From the human T2T-CHM13v2.0 reference genome, Homo sapiens: a stretch of DNA of 64,000 nt. Shown here piece after piece: positions 45,131 through 64,000 of this stretch (position 1 is its first letter; each line of letters opens with the position of its first letter). Location of the stretch: NCBI RefSeq assembly GCF_009914755.1, contig NC_060927.1; one strand, given 5' to 3'. Both the position numbers and the translations under genes were made by a program. The notes under the pieces were generated by a model. It ran no database searches. It was not told the origin of the DNA and saw only the letters and a program-made list of their open reading frames with translations.

Positions 45131-45739
45131 GAAATGTGCAATATGATATATAGCATCATGCTGTTTATATAAACTTTAGGAGCATGCCAATCAATGGTAC
45201 TGCATCCATCTGTGTCTGGTCAGGAAAATAGAAGTCATTCTAGCTATTTCAAGCAGAAAAGTATGTAACGAAGGAAGCAAAGGCAAGAAGAACTATTACG
45301 CAGACATCAAGAGGCTTCTTGTACCCCTAGACTGAAGCAAGGAGCTCACACTCCCTACTGATCTGACCCCGACCATGAACGCAGGAGGCTACACTTCTGC
45401 TGTTGCTGCTGCTGCTGCAAAAAGGACCACCAATCTGCTGGAGATGATGCCATGATGAAAAGATAGTTTCTCTCTTCTCCTGCCTTAAAATTTCCCACTA
45501 GTGCCTCCTGGAAACTAGCAGGAAAGGGAGTCAGTAGTTTGGAGACTTCCAGCCCCATAGATGCTGCGGTAAGCAGGGAAGGCTGGGAATAGAGCCGAGA
45601 GCTGACAGGCAGAACCTATATATTATCTATATAGGAAGGGTTCCCACCAAGGCATATTAGTAATTACAGCCAACTTTGTAATCAATTGATTTATTTAAAA
45701 AGTCAAAGCAAGCATAATAATAGTGGTCGCTGAATTTGA

Positions 45740-48300
<2,561 letters not shown>

Positions 48301-48739
48301 AAGATAGCTTCTTGAAGCGTGTTCATTAATTATCTGGTCTGAACATAAAATTAGTTATAGGTTTTGACTGGGAGTAGAGAAAAGTTATTGTCTGACTTCA
48401 TTGTTGAACACCTCCAGGGACAAGATTCATTAGCAGCTCAGCAAGCCTGTCCACTCATTTCGCCCTATGTCAGTCCAAAATCTCCCTTCCTATAGCTCCT
48501 CTTCATCCATTGGTTTAAGTTCTACCCTCAAGAGCACCACACAGAGTCAGCCTGGTCACTGTCCTCCCGAGTGCTGGTCCTTTGCAAGCCTGAGGTAGCC
48601 ATATGGTGGTGGCAGCACACAAGTCCTGGCACCTTCCCTCACTCACCATGAGACCTTGACCAAGCAATCCCAACTTCCTTCCTGTGCTTAGAGAGTTGAT
48701 TATGCGCCTTGAATCTTTTCTGAGGTAAATGTTTAGGGC

Positions 48740-49541
48740 TGTATTAGTCACGGTTCTCCAGAGAAACAGAATCCATATGTATGTGTAGATGTGTGTAGTC
48801 ATGCATTGCATAATGACATTTCAGTCAACAATGGACCGCATATACAATGGTGGTCCCGTTAAGATGATGCCATATTTTTACTGTACATTTTCTATGTTTA
48901 GACACATAAATACTTAGCATTGTGTTACAGCTGCCTCCAGTATTCAGCACAGCCACATGCACTACAGGTTTATAGCCTAGGAGCAAAAGGGCATAGCACA
49001 TAGCCTCATATGGTAGGCTCTGCCATCCAGGTTTGGGTAAGTACACTCTATGAGGTTCCCATAGCAACAAAATTGCTGAACAATGTGTGAAGCATTGCAT
49101 TAAGTCACATGTGACTGTATAAAAAGAGAGACTGAGATTTAGTAAATTGGTTCACCTGATTATGGAGGCTGAAAAGTCTCAAAATCTGCAGTCAGCAAGC
49201 TGGAGACCCAGAAGAGCCAGTCTCAGTGCTCAGACTCCAATCTGAGTGTGAAGGTCTGAGAACCAGGAGAGCCAAGTTCCAGTCTGAAGACAGGAGAAGA
49301 CCAAGGTCCCAGCTGAAACAGGCAGGAGGAGTCGCTCTTGCTCAGCCTTTCATTCTATCCAGGTCTTCAGGTGATTGGATGCGGCCCACTTACATTAGTG
49401 AGGGCAATCTGTTTTATGTATTCGATAGGCTGAAATACTAATCTCATCCAGAAACACCCTCACAGACACATCAAGAATGATGTTTGACCAAATGTCTGTG
49501 TACCCGTGGCCCAGTCAAGTTGACACATACAATCCACCATG
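48740..49541 (-). mobile_element. MLT2 LTR interrupted by a Tigger3a/MER7-like DNA transposon (~48797-49119)
   Basis: tgtattagtcacggttctccagagaaacag...cccagtcaagttgacac; the insert has agtcatgc...tgactg terminal inverted repeats. Confidence 0.72.
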
Positions 49542-49789
49542 AGCAGAGCCATCCATTTCCTCTAAGGACTGCTTTCTTGACTTCCCACACATTCTGAAAC
49601 ACTGTGTTTACACTACCATTCAGTTCAAAATATTTTCAAATTTCCCTTGTGACTTTGTTTGTTATTCATTTTTTATGTATAAGTGGGTTGCTTGATTTTC
49701 AAATGTTTTGGGGATTTTGTGAATAGCTTTTTATTTTTAATTGTGGTAAAATACAGATAACACAAAATTTACCATATTAACCATTTATT

Positions 49790-49955
49790 TTTTTTAAGAG
49801 ATAGAGTCTCACTGTGTTGCCCAGGCTGAAGTGCAATAGCTAGTCACAAGTGTGATCATAGTGTCCTAAATCCCTGAATTCCTGGGCTCAAGAGATCCTC
49901 CAGCTTCTGCCTCCTGAATAGCTGGGACTATAGGGGCACACCACCACGCCCAGCC
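49790..49955 (-). mobile_element. FAM (fossil Alu monomer)
   Basis: Monomeric Alu retaining the 7SL-derived segment gctagtcacaagtgtgatcatag. Confidence 0.65.
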
Positions 49956-49963
49956 CATCTTAA

Positions 49964-50284
<321 letters not shown>

Positions 50285-51045
50285 TAAACATTTTTAAGAG
50301 TGCATTCACATTAAGAGGGCATTAAGTGCATTCACATTCTTATGTAACCATCACCGCCATCCATTTCCAGAACTTTGCATCTTCTCAAACTGAAACTCTG
50401 TACCCATTAAAACAAACCCCCAACCCCCAGCCTCCCAGCCCCTGGTATTCTTTTTTCTGTCTCTATGGATGTGACTACTCTATGTACCTCATGTAAGTGG
50501 AATCATCCAGTATTGATCCTTTTGTGACAGGCTTATTTCACTTAGCACAATGTTCTTAAGTTTCATCCATGTTGTAGCATGTGACAGAATTTTTTTCCTT
50601 TTGAAGGCTAAGTAATATCCCATTGTATGGATAGACCACATTTGGTTTATCCATTCATTTGTTGATGGACACTGGGGTTGCTTACATATTTTGGCTCTTG
50701 TGAATAATACTGCTATGAACATGGGTATACAGATATCTCTTAGGGACCCTGCTTTCCATTCTTTTGAGTATATACCCAGAAGTGAGATTGCTATGGTAAT
50801 TCTATCTTTAACTTTTTCAGGAACCACTATACTGCTTTCCACAGCAGCTGTGCCATTTTACATTCCCACCAACAATGAAAAGTGTTCCAATTTCTCCTCA
50901 TCCTCATCATTACTTGTTATTTTCTTTTTGTTCTTTTACTTGTTTGTTCTTTCAAAAAAAAAATAGTAGTTGGGCCGAGCATGGTGGTTCATGCCTGTAA
51001 TCCCAGCACTTTGGGAGGCCAAGGCAGGTGCATCATTTGAGGTCA

Positions 51046-51324
<279 letters not shown>

Positions 51325-51346
51325 CTAATGGGTGTGAAGGATAGTG

Positions 51347-51788
51347 TGTATTAGTCAGTGTTCTCTAGAGGGACAGAACTAATAGGATAGACATATACAT
51401 AAACGGGAGTTTATTAAGTTTTAACTCACACAATCATAAGGTCCCACAGTGGGCTGTCTGCAAGCTGATAAGCAAGGAGAGCCAGTCTGAGTCCCAAAAC
51501 TGAAGAACTTGGAGTCTGATGTTCGAGGGCAGGAAGCATCCAGCATGGGAGAAAGATGTAGCCTGGGAGGCTAGGCCAGTCTAGTCTTTTCACATTTTTC
51601 TGCCTGCCTTATATTCTAGCTGTGCTGGCAGCTGATTAGATGGCGTCCACCCAGATTAAGGGTGGGTCTGCCTTTCCCAGCCCCCTGACTCAAATGGTTA
51701 ATCTCCTTTGGCAACACCCTCACAGACACACCCAGGAGCAATACTTTGCATTCTTCAATCAAGTTGACACTCAGTATTAACCATCACA
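51347..51788 (-). mobile_element. MLT2A solo LTR
   Basis: tgtattagtcagtgttctctagagggacagaac...attaaccatcaca; 5-bp flanks tagtg/gagtg. Confidence 0.85.
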
Positions 51789-52186
51789 GAGTGTATTTTT
51801 TATTATTGTCTAATTTAATGCAATTTTTGAGACGTGTTTTATAATCCAGCATGTGCTCTTCTGTGTAGTAAATATTTTATGATCAACTGAAAATAATGTG
51901 TATTCTACAACTGTTCAGTGTAATAGTCTACAAATATCAATTAGGACAAGATTCTTGATAGCGTTTTTTAAATAGTCTATTAATATATGCTTCCTAATGT
52001 TTCATGTACTTTTTTATCTATTGAAGGGAGGTATTCAAATCTTCAGTATTGTGAACAACTAACTTTATGCTAACAATTTGGCTACCTAGATGAAATTAAC
52101 ACATACTTTTAAAAATATAACAGGCCGGGCGCCGGTGGCTCATGCCTGTATTCCCAGCACTTTGGGAGGCCGAGGTGGGTGTATCA

Positions 52187-52463
<277 letters not shown>

Positions 52464-54171
52464 TCAATAGTTCTTTATTTGTAAAAAATAAATTTATGAT
52501 AAAATATTTTGCCACAAAGAAAACTCCAGGTCAAGATAGCGTCTCTGGGGAGTTCTATCACACATTTATGGAAGAAATAATACAAACTTACACAATCCTT
52601 TTCAGAGCATAGAGGAGGTGGACATGTTCCTCTATTCTTTTTTTTTTTTTTTTTTTAAAGAGACAGGATCTCACTATGTTGCCCAGCCTGGCCTCTAACT
52701 CCTGAGCTCAAGCACTCCTCTTGCCTCAGCCTCCCTAGTAGATGAGACTACAGGCATATGCCACCATGCCTGGCTTTCTCTACTTTTTAATGGACCAGCA
52801 GAACCCTGATACCAAATGTTGACAAAGACATTACAAGAATGGAAAAATACAAATCAATATCCCTCTTGAACATAACAATGTTTAACAAAATATTAGGAGA
52901 CAGAATCCAGTAATATAAGAATATAATACATCATGGGCCTGGTGTGGTGGCTCGCGCCTGTAATCCCAGCACTTTGGGAGGCCGAGGCAGGCAGATCACT
53001 TGAGGTTAGGAGTTCGAGACCAGCCTGGCCAACATGGTGAAACCCTGTCTCTACTAAAAATACAAAAATTAGCTGAGCATGTTGGTGGGTACCTGTAATC
53101 CCAGCTACTCAGGAGGCGGAAGCACGAGAATTGCTTGAACCCGAGAGGCAGAGGTTGCAGTGAGCCGAGATCGTGCTACTGAACTCCAGCCTGAGTGACA
53201 GAGTGCGAGTCTGTCTCAAAAAAAAAAAAAAAAAAAAAAAAAAAAGAATATATTATGACCAAGTAGGGCTTATCCCAGGAATGCAAAATGGTTTATCATT
53301 TAAAACTCAATCAATATAGCTGGGCACAGTGGCTCATGCCTGTAATCTCAGCATTTTGGGAGGCCGAGGCAGGTGGATCACCTGAGGTCAGGAGTTCAAG
53401 ACTAGCCTGACCAATATAGCAAAACACCATCTCTACTAAAAATACAAAAATTAGCCAGGTGAGGTGGCATGTGCCTGTAGTCCCAGCTACTTGGAAGTGA
53501 GACAGGAGAATTGCTTGAATCCAGGAGGTGGAGGTTGCAGTGAGCTGAGATCGGGCCACTGCCCTCCAGCCTGGGTGACAGAGCGAGACTCCATCTCAAA
53601 AAAAAAAAACAAAAAAAACCTCAATCAATATATATCATCACATTAACAAGATAAAAGGAGAAATCATATGACCATCTCATTGAGACAGACAAACATTTGA
53701 GGCCATCAACACCCACTCATACTAACAACTTTCAAGGCAATGAGAATCTCCACAATCTAATAAAGTGCATCCATGAGATATAATTAACTGCATGCCTACT
53801 AGTGAAACATTGAAATCTTTCCCTTGCATCAGCAATAAAGCAAGGAAATCTAATCTTACTACTTCTGTTCAACATTGTACTGAAAGTTTCAGCCAGTGGT
53901 ACAAGGTAAGAAAAAAAAAACACACATTGGAAAGGAAGCAATAAAAATGTTTCTATCTGCAGGCAAGATGATACTATGTATAGAAAACCTCAGAGAATTT
54001 TATTTTAAAAAAAGACAAAACATACAAGAACTAATAAGTGAACTTAGCAAGGCTGCAGGCTACAAGATCAATATAACAAAAAATCATATTTATATATACT
54101 AGCAACATGCAACTGGAAAAATATAAGACACCATTGGTAATGGCATAAAAAAATCAGCTTTTAATGAATAA

Positions 54172-54429
<258 letters not shown>

Positions 54430-54598
54430 TAGTAGAGACAGGGTTTCACCATGTTAGCCAGGATGGTCTCAATCTCCTGACCTCATGACCTGCCTACCTC
54501 GGCCTCCCAAAGTGCTGGGATTACAGGTTTGAGCCACCGCACCCGACCTAAAGAATATTTAAATAAATGTGGAGATACACTACGTTCATGGATGAGAG

Positions 54599-56144
54599 TG
54601 TGTCCGGAATTGGTAGGTTCTTGGTCTCACTGACTTCAAGAATGAAGCCGCGGACCCTCACGGTGAGTGTTACAGCTCTTAAGGTGGCGCGTCTGGAGTC
54701 TGTCCCTTCTGATGTTCAGATGTGTTTGGAGTTTCTTCCTTCTGGTGGGTTCGTGGTCTCGCTGGCTCAGGAGTGAAGCTGCAGACCTTCGCAGTGAGTG
54801 TTACAGTTCTTAAGGCAGCGCGTCTGGAGTTGTTCGTTCCTCCTGGTAGGCTCATGGTCTTGCTGGACGCAGGAGTGAAGCTGCAGATCTTCGCGGTGAG
54901 TGTTACAGCTCATAAAAGCAGGGTGGACCCAAAGAGTGAGCAGTAGCAAGATTTATTGCAAAGAGTGAAAGAACAAAGCTTCCACAGTGTGGAAGGGGAC
55001 CCAAGCGGGTTGCCAATGCTAGCTCGGGCAGCCTGCTTTTATTCTCTTATCTGGCCCCACCCACATCCTGCTGATTGGTAGAGCCGAGTGGCCTGTTTTG
55101 TCAGGGCGCTGATTGGTGCGTTTACAATCCCTGAGCTAGATACAAAGGTTTTCCACGTCCCCATCAGATTAGTTAGATACAGAGTTTCCACACACAGGTT
55201 CTCCAAGGCCCCACCAGAGCAGCTAGATACAGAGTGTCAATTGGTGCATTCACAACCCTTGAGCTAGCCACAGGGTGCTGATTGGTGTGTTTACAAACCT
55301 TGAGCTAGATACAGAGTGCCAACTGGTGTATTTACAATTCTTGAGCTAGACATAAAGGTTCTCCACGTCCTCACCAGAGCAGCTAGATACAGAGTGTCGA
55401 TTGGTGCATTCACAAACGAGCTAAACACAGGGTGCTGATTGGTGTATTTACAATCCCTGAGCTAGACATAAAGGTTCTCCATGGCCCCACCAGACTCAGG
55501 AGCCCAGCTGGCTTCACCTAGTGGATCCCGCACTGGGGCTGCAGGTGGAGCTGCCTGCCAGTCCTGCGCCATGCGCTCGCATTCCTCAGCCCTTGGGTGG
55601 TCGATGGGACTGGGCGCTGTGGAGCAGGGGGTGGTGCTCGTCGGGGAGGCTCGGGCCACACAGGAGCCCATGGAGTGGGTGGGAGGCTCAGGCATGGCGG
55701 GCTGCAGGTCCCGAACCCTGCCCTGCGGGAAGGCAGCTAAGGCTCAGTGAGAAATCGAGCGCAGTGCCGGTGGGCCGGCACTGCTGGGGGACCCAGTACA
55801 CCCTCCGCAGCCACTGGCCCGGGTGCTAAGTCCCTCATTGCCCGGGGCCAGCAGGGCTGGCTGGCTGCTCCAAGTGCGGGGCCCACCAAGCCCACACCCA
55901 CCCGGAACTCCAGCTGGCCCGCAAGCGCCGCACGCAGCCCCGGTTCCCGCTCGTGCCTCTCCCTCCACACCTCCCTGCAAGCTGAGGGAGTGGGCTCCAG
56001 CCTTGGCCAGCCCAGAAAGGGGCTCCCACAGGGCAGTGGGGGGCTGAAGGGCTCCTCAAATGCCACCAAAGTGGGAGCCCAGGCAGGGGAGGCGCCGAGA
56101 GCGAGCGAGGGCTGTGAGGACTGCCAGCACGCTGTCACCTCTCA
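54599..56144 (-). mobile_element. Intact solo LTR12C (ERV9 LTR), 1546 bp
   Basis: Minus strand TGAGAGGTGACAGCGTGCTGG...AATTCCGGACACA; perfect 4-bp TSD AGAG (54595-54598, 56145-56148). Six CCAAT boxes in tandem repeats, GT box, AGATAAG and AATAAAA TATA-like element. Confidence 0.95.
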
Positions 56145-56172
56145 AGAGGACTAAATTTTTTTTTTTTTTTGA

Positions 56173-56837
<665 letters not shown>

Positions 56838-57429
56838 TGAAATTACTGGCATAAACCACCGTGCCTGGCCCTAAAATTTATTTGAAAATGCAGAGTCTAG
56901 AATAGCCAGAACAATTTTGAAAAACAATAAATTTGGAGGACTTACTTTCCTGAGGTCAAGAGTTCGAGACCAGCCTGGCCAACATGGTGAAACCCTGTCT
57001 CTACCAAATACAAAAAAATTAGCTGGGCATAGCGGTAGGCGCCTGTAATCCCAGCTACTTGAGAGGTTGAGGCAGAAGAATCGCCTGAACTCGGCAGGTG
57101 GAGGTTTCAGTGAGCCGAGATCACACCATTGCACTCCAGCCTGGGCAACAAGAGCAAAACTCTGTCTTGGAAAAAAAAAAAAACAAAAAACAGACAAATA
57201 GATCTACAGAACAAATTAGAGTCAGACAATAGACCCTTACATACAGTCAAATGATTTTTGATAAGGATGACAAGATGATTCAATTGGGAAATAAAGGCTT
57301 TTCAATGAGTGTCCTACAACAACTGGATAACCAGATCCACACATAAAAAATAATTTGAGATATATAATAGCTGAGACCATGAATCTTCCATAAGAAAGCA
57401 AGGAAAATACCTTTGTGAGCTTGCAGTAG

Positions 57430-57690
<261 letters not shown>

Positions 57691-58360
57691 TGACCTCAGG
57701 GTGGTCCTCCCGCCTCCGCCTCCACCTCCCAAAGTGCTGGAATTACAGGCCTGAGCCACCGTGCCTGGCCTTCTAAGTCACAAAACCACGCAAGAAAAAT
57801 GGGATAAAATGAACTTTACCAATATTTAACATTTCTGCTCTTTTGAAAACACTGATAAAAGAATAAAAAGACAAATAGACTGGAGAAAATACTTGCAAAT
57901 AATACACCTGATAAAGAACTTATATCCAGAATATATAAAGAACTCTCAAAACTCAATTTTAAAAATCGAATTTAAAAATGCACAACACGCTAGGTGTATG
58001 GCTAATGCTGTAATCCCAGCACTTTGGGAGGCCAAGGCAGGAGGACTGCTTGAGCCCAGGACTAGGAGGCCAGTCTGGGCAACATGATGAGACTCTTGTC
58101 TCTACCAAAAACAAACAAACAAAAAAATTAGCCAGGTGTAATGGTGCATGTCTGTATTCCTAGCTACTTCTGAGGCTTAGGCGGGAGGATCACCTGAGCC
58201 CAGGAAGTCGAGGTTACAGTAAGCCACGATCACACCACTGCACTCTAGACTGGGTGATAGAGGGAGACTCTGTCTCTAAAAAATAAAAATAAAAAAGTAA
58301 AAAATGAAAAATGCACAACAGATTTGAGCAGATATTCACTATGAAAATTACATGGGTGAC

Positions 58361-58667
58361 ATCCTGGCTAACACGGTGAAACCTTGTCTCTACTAAAAAT
58401 AAGAAAAAAGAAAAGGAAAGAAAAGGAAAGAAAAGAAAAGAAAAGAAAAGAAAAGAAAAGAAAAGAAAAGAAAAGAAAAGAAAAGAAAAGAAAAGAAAAG
58501 AAAAGAAAAGAAAAGAGCCAGGTGTGGCGGGCACCTGTAGTTCCAGCTACTTAGGAGGCTGAGGAAGGAGAATGGCGTGAACCCGGGAGGTGGAGATTGC
58601 AGTGAACCTAGATCGCGCCACTGCACTCCAGCCTGGGCGACAGAGCGAGGCTCCGTCTCAAAAAAAA
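58361..58667 (+). mobile_element. 5'-truncated AluY with expanded (AAAAG)n linker
   Basis: TSD gaaaat(t/c)acatgggtgacat at 58343-58362 and 58668-58687. Confidence 0.88.
58406..58515 (+). repeat. (AAAAG)n pentanucleotide microsatellite, 17 pure units (58431-58515)
   Basis: Counted directly; two GAAAG interruptions on the 5' side. Confidence 0.97.
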
Positions 58668-58731
58668 GAAAATCACATGGGTGACATGAAAAGATACTCA
58701 ACATCATTAGTCATCAAAGAAATGCAAATTA

Positions 58732-59011
<280 letters not shown>

Positions 59012-59181
59012 TCACAAAAAAAAAAAAAAGAAAAGAAAAGAAAATTAAACTCACTATGTGCTACTACTACATAGCAATTAAGATGGCTAAAATGGAAAAA
59101 CGCAGGGCACAGTGGCTTATGCCTGAAATCCTAACACTTTGGGAGGTGGAAGCAGGAGGACTGCTTGAGCCCAGGAGTTCA

Positions 59182-59554
<373 letters not shown>

Positions 59555-59566
59555 TTAAAATAATTA

Positions 59567-59743
<177 letters not shown>

Positions 59744-60196
59744 TTAAAAAAGAACAGACACTTCATAAAAGATCTACGAATGGCCATTAAGTACATGAAA
59801 CTCACAGTCATTAGTCATCAAATAAATGCAAAGTAATACCACCATGAGACACCATTTCCTACCTATCAGCACCATCTCAAATGAAGTGTGGCATCAAATG
59901 CTGCCAAGGTTGTGGAACAACTGGAACTCCCATACACGGCAGGCGTGAGTTTGATCTCAAGTGAGTCCTGACCTCAAGTGATCCTCCCACCTCGGCTTCC
60001 CAAAGTGCTGGGATTACAGGCGTGAGCCACTGAGCCCAGCCCGCAGGCGTGAGTTTGAAACTGTACAACTGCTTTGGAGATTGGTTGGGCAGTTTCTTAT
60101 AAAGTTAAACAAATTCTATGACTTAAGCAACTCTAGCTACTCACCCACGTAAAATGATACGTTACCAAAAAATACTGAGCACAAATAAATATTCAC

Positions 60197-60629
60197 TGTA
60201 AGGCAGGAGGCAGCCGGGACCAGACTCCAGATCAGATCGAAGACTGGCGGAAACTGAGGAGAGGCGCTTAAAGCCCCTCTCCATAAGACACGCCCACCAC
60301 CTCCATGACAGTTTACCATTGCCGTGGCAACACCCGGAAGTTACTGCCCCTTGCCGCGGCAACACCGGAAGTTCCCGCCCACTTTCTAGCTAATTCTGAA
60401 TGACCCGCCTCTTAATTAGCATGTCTTTTAAAGTGGACCTAAATACGCCTACGAAACTGCCCCTACGCTGCTACCCTCTGCACAGTTCCTGTGGGGGTAG
60501 TCTTGCCGTGCCAGAGCAGTCGTCATTGGAGCTGTAATAGTGCCGCGCCGCCTCAGCAAAGCTGTTTTCTTCTACCTCCGGCTGGCTCTTCAGGTCTTCC
60601 TGGGGAAGCCAAGAACCTGCCCTGCATCA
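60197..60629 (+). mobile_element. MER41-related ERV1 LTR, CpG-rich
   Basis: TG...CA ends. Shares catgacagtttac...ttgccrtggcaac...ggaagttac with the MER41 family. Subfamily uncertain; no clear TSD. Confidence 0.65.
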
Positions 60630-60753
60630 GTAGGGCAGGTTCACAATAGCCTAACTGGAAGTACCCAAATCTCCGTCAACAGGAGAATGCGGCCGGGCGC
60701 CGTGGCTCACGCCTGTAATCCCAGCACTTTGGGAGCCCGAGGCGGGCGGATCA

Positions 60754-61044
<291 letters not shown>

Positions 61045-62342
61045 CTAGTTAGTCAGCAATAAGAAGGATTATGGAGTTTCAGTAGTTACTAATAAACTTG
61101 AAGGCATGAACAAATCCCATAGGCATAATAGCTGTTTTGTTTTTCAGAGGCGGTCTTGCTCTGTCGCCCAGGCTGGAGTATGCAGTGGTGAGATTATAGC
61201 TCACTGCAGCCTCAGACTTCTGGGCTCAAGCGATGGTCCCAGGAGCCTCGGCCTCCCAAAGCACTGGGATTACAGGTTCACACCACCATCGCCGGCCACT
61301 GTTGAAGGAAAAATGCCAGACGCAAAGAGAATGTGGACTCTAAGATTCCATTATTTTAAGTTCAGTAACAGGCGAAACTAGCCGATCACATTAGAAATAA
61401 GAGCAGTGGTGGCCTCTAGTGGGGAGGGAAATTCATTAAAAAGAGACAATTTCTGCAGCGAAGGAAAGGTTCTATATCTTGATTTGGAGATTGAGCCCAT
61501 ACATACATACTTAAGACCAGCGTATTTTACCTTCACTAAAATATAATTCTTTTGGATTTGAAAATTTAATAATCAACTAAACACATTTGGACATGGACAC
61601 GTCCATTATGTCCCAATTTATTGAGCTCATCCTGTGTGTGGCTATCATTGAATCCTCCCAACACCTCCTTAAGTGGGTACTATTACTATTCCCATTGTTT
61701 AGATGAGAAAACACAAATGCAAAATACCTGAGCTACACTTGCCCAAGGTTTGCAGGATGGGAAGGTGAATAAGAGACTTATTCACCTTCAGGGGTTTGTG
61801 CTCCTGATCCCAGCGCTACCTGTTCTGGGCCCTGGGCTGACTGCTGGGAGCCTTCATAGACCCCACAGGCCAGAGGAGGAGACAGTGTGTGGGGTGGTGA
61901 TGACCACAGGGCATGTCTAGTCCCTGGGGGATGGATGGGGCAAGGTCCTAACTCCACCTGGGAGGATGGGAGTGGGTATGGGAGAAACTCTGTTATGAGA
62001 GTGAGCTCAGGGCCACTGGGGGCAGGGGTAGGGGTCACCCTACAACATGATCTCATAACTGATCAGCTTAGCTTCAAAATGCATTTTAAAACCTTTTTTC
62101 TCCCTTTCTCCAGTCTTAGCCTTGAAACAGTCACACTTTGTTTCTCTCCCTTCCCACTAGACACTCCCTGCACTGCACTGGGCTAGTTTATCTAATTATG
62201 GGCTTGCTTAGAAATTCCAGAGAATAGGCCAGGCGCCTCACCTGCTTGAACTTTTCACAACTCCCCCTGGCCTTCTACCACAGTGCCCAGACTTGACTGC
62301 AGCTTGGATCCACCTGGGGAGCATACTGAAAGTAAAGATTCT

Positions 62343-63539
<1,197 letters not shown>

Positions 63540-63688
63540 TCATTCCACCTGTGTCCCACACACCAGGTAAGGGGTTGCTCTGATGTCTTCCTGGAGTTAG
63601 GTGAGAGCTTTGCCTGCTTTGTCTCAGTTCAGGAGAGTCTGTCCATGGGATGTGGAAAAAAAAACCTTGAGCAGGAGCTGGACACTGA

Positions 63689-63990
63689 TGTATCATTTAG
63701 CAACTGTTGCATAACAAGGCACCAAACTTTGTTGCTTTAAGAAAACAGTGACTTAGTATTGTTTAGGACTCTACCGGTCCGCTGAGCGGTTCTGCCCTGG
63801 GCCAGGTTTGGCTGACCCTGGCTGGGCTCCCCACTGCAGTCATCCAGAAGCTCAGCTGGACTGGCAGGTCTAGCACAGCCTCACACACCTCTGCCAGTTG
63901 GTTAGCTGATGTTTGGGGTGGTGCCGTGTCTCCCTCCCTCCAGCAGGCTAGCCTGGGCTTGATCCTAGGGCAGTGGATGACACTCTATTT
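63689..63990 (-). mobile_element. Old MLT1-type LTR fragment
   Basis: tgtatcatttagc...gcataacaa...ctccagcaggctagcctgggctt resembles recalled MLT1 reverse strands. Confidence 0.5.
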
Positions 63991-64000
63991 CCCGTGAGAG

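Noticed and set aside
45397-45418. Short interrupted (CTG)n run
   Set aside because: About 7 units, interrupted and intergenic; unremarkable.
55060-55480. Regularly spaced ~40-bp repeats that could mimic a CRISPR array
   Set aside because: Known ERV9 LTR enhancer repeats; no unique spacers, no cas genes, eukaryotic context.
55462-56154. Overlapping ORFs and a CpG-island-like stretch
   Set aside because: The GC-rich U3 region of LTR12C, not a gene.

Overview
Primate genomic DNA, almost certainly human (very dense AluJ/S/Y, LTR12, MER41). The left half holds the 5' part of NUP210 (nucleoporin gp210) on the minus strand. Coding exon 1 (28417-28583) lies in a CpG-island promoter, followed by a 20.2-kb intron 1, exon 2 (8084-8220) and exon 3 (5717-5848); the gene continues past position 1. 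The three exons splice in frame through GT-AG junctions to give [35 protein letters not shown]...IQALDSEG (signal peptide plus first lumenal region). The ~35 kb upstream is intergenic and almost all transposon-derived: Alus, old L1 fragments, MLT/ERVL LTRs, a nested MER39>MER41A/MER41B>HUERS-P1/LTR8>Alu complex, and an intact solo LTR12C. Almost every ORF in the supplied track is an Alu, LTR or GC-rich artefact. I see no evidence of a new protein-coding or defence-type system. The best leads are LTR-derived regulatory candidates upstream of NUP210 (an LTR12C promoter facing the gene, a MER41B with both STAT GAS sites, and a CpG-retaining LTR with a doubled RFX+ETS module) and several unusual insertion architectures. 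Repeat subfamily names come from recalled consensus sequences and need RepeatMasker/Dfam confirmation; repeat boundaries are approximate unless a TSD is quoted.
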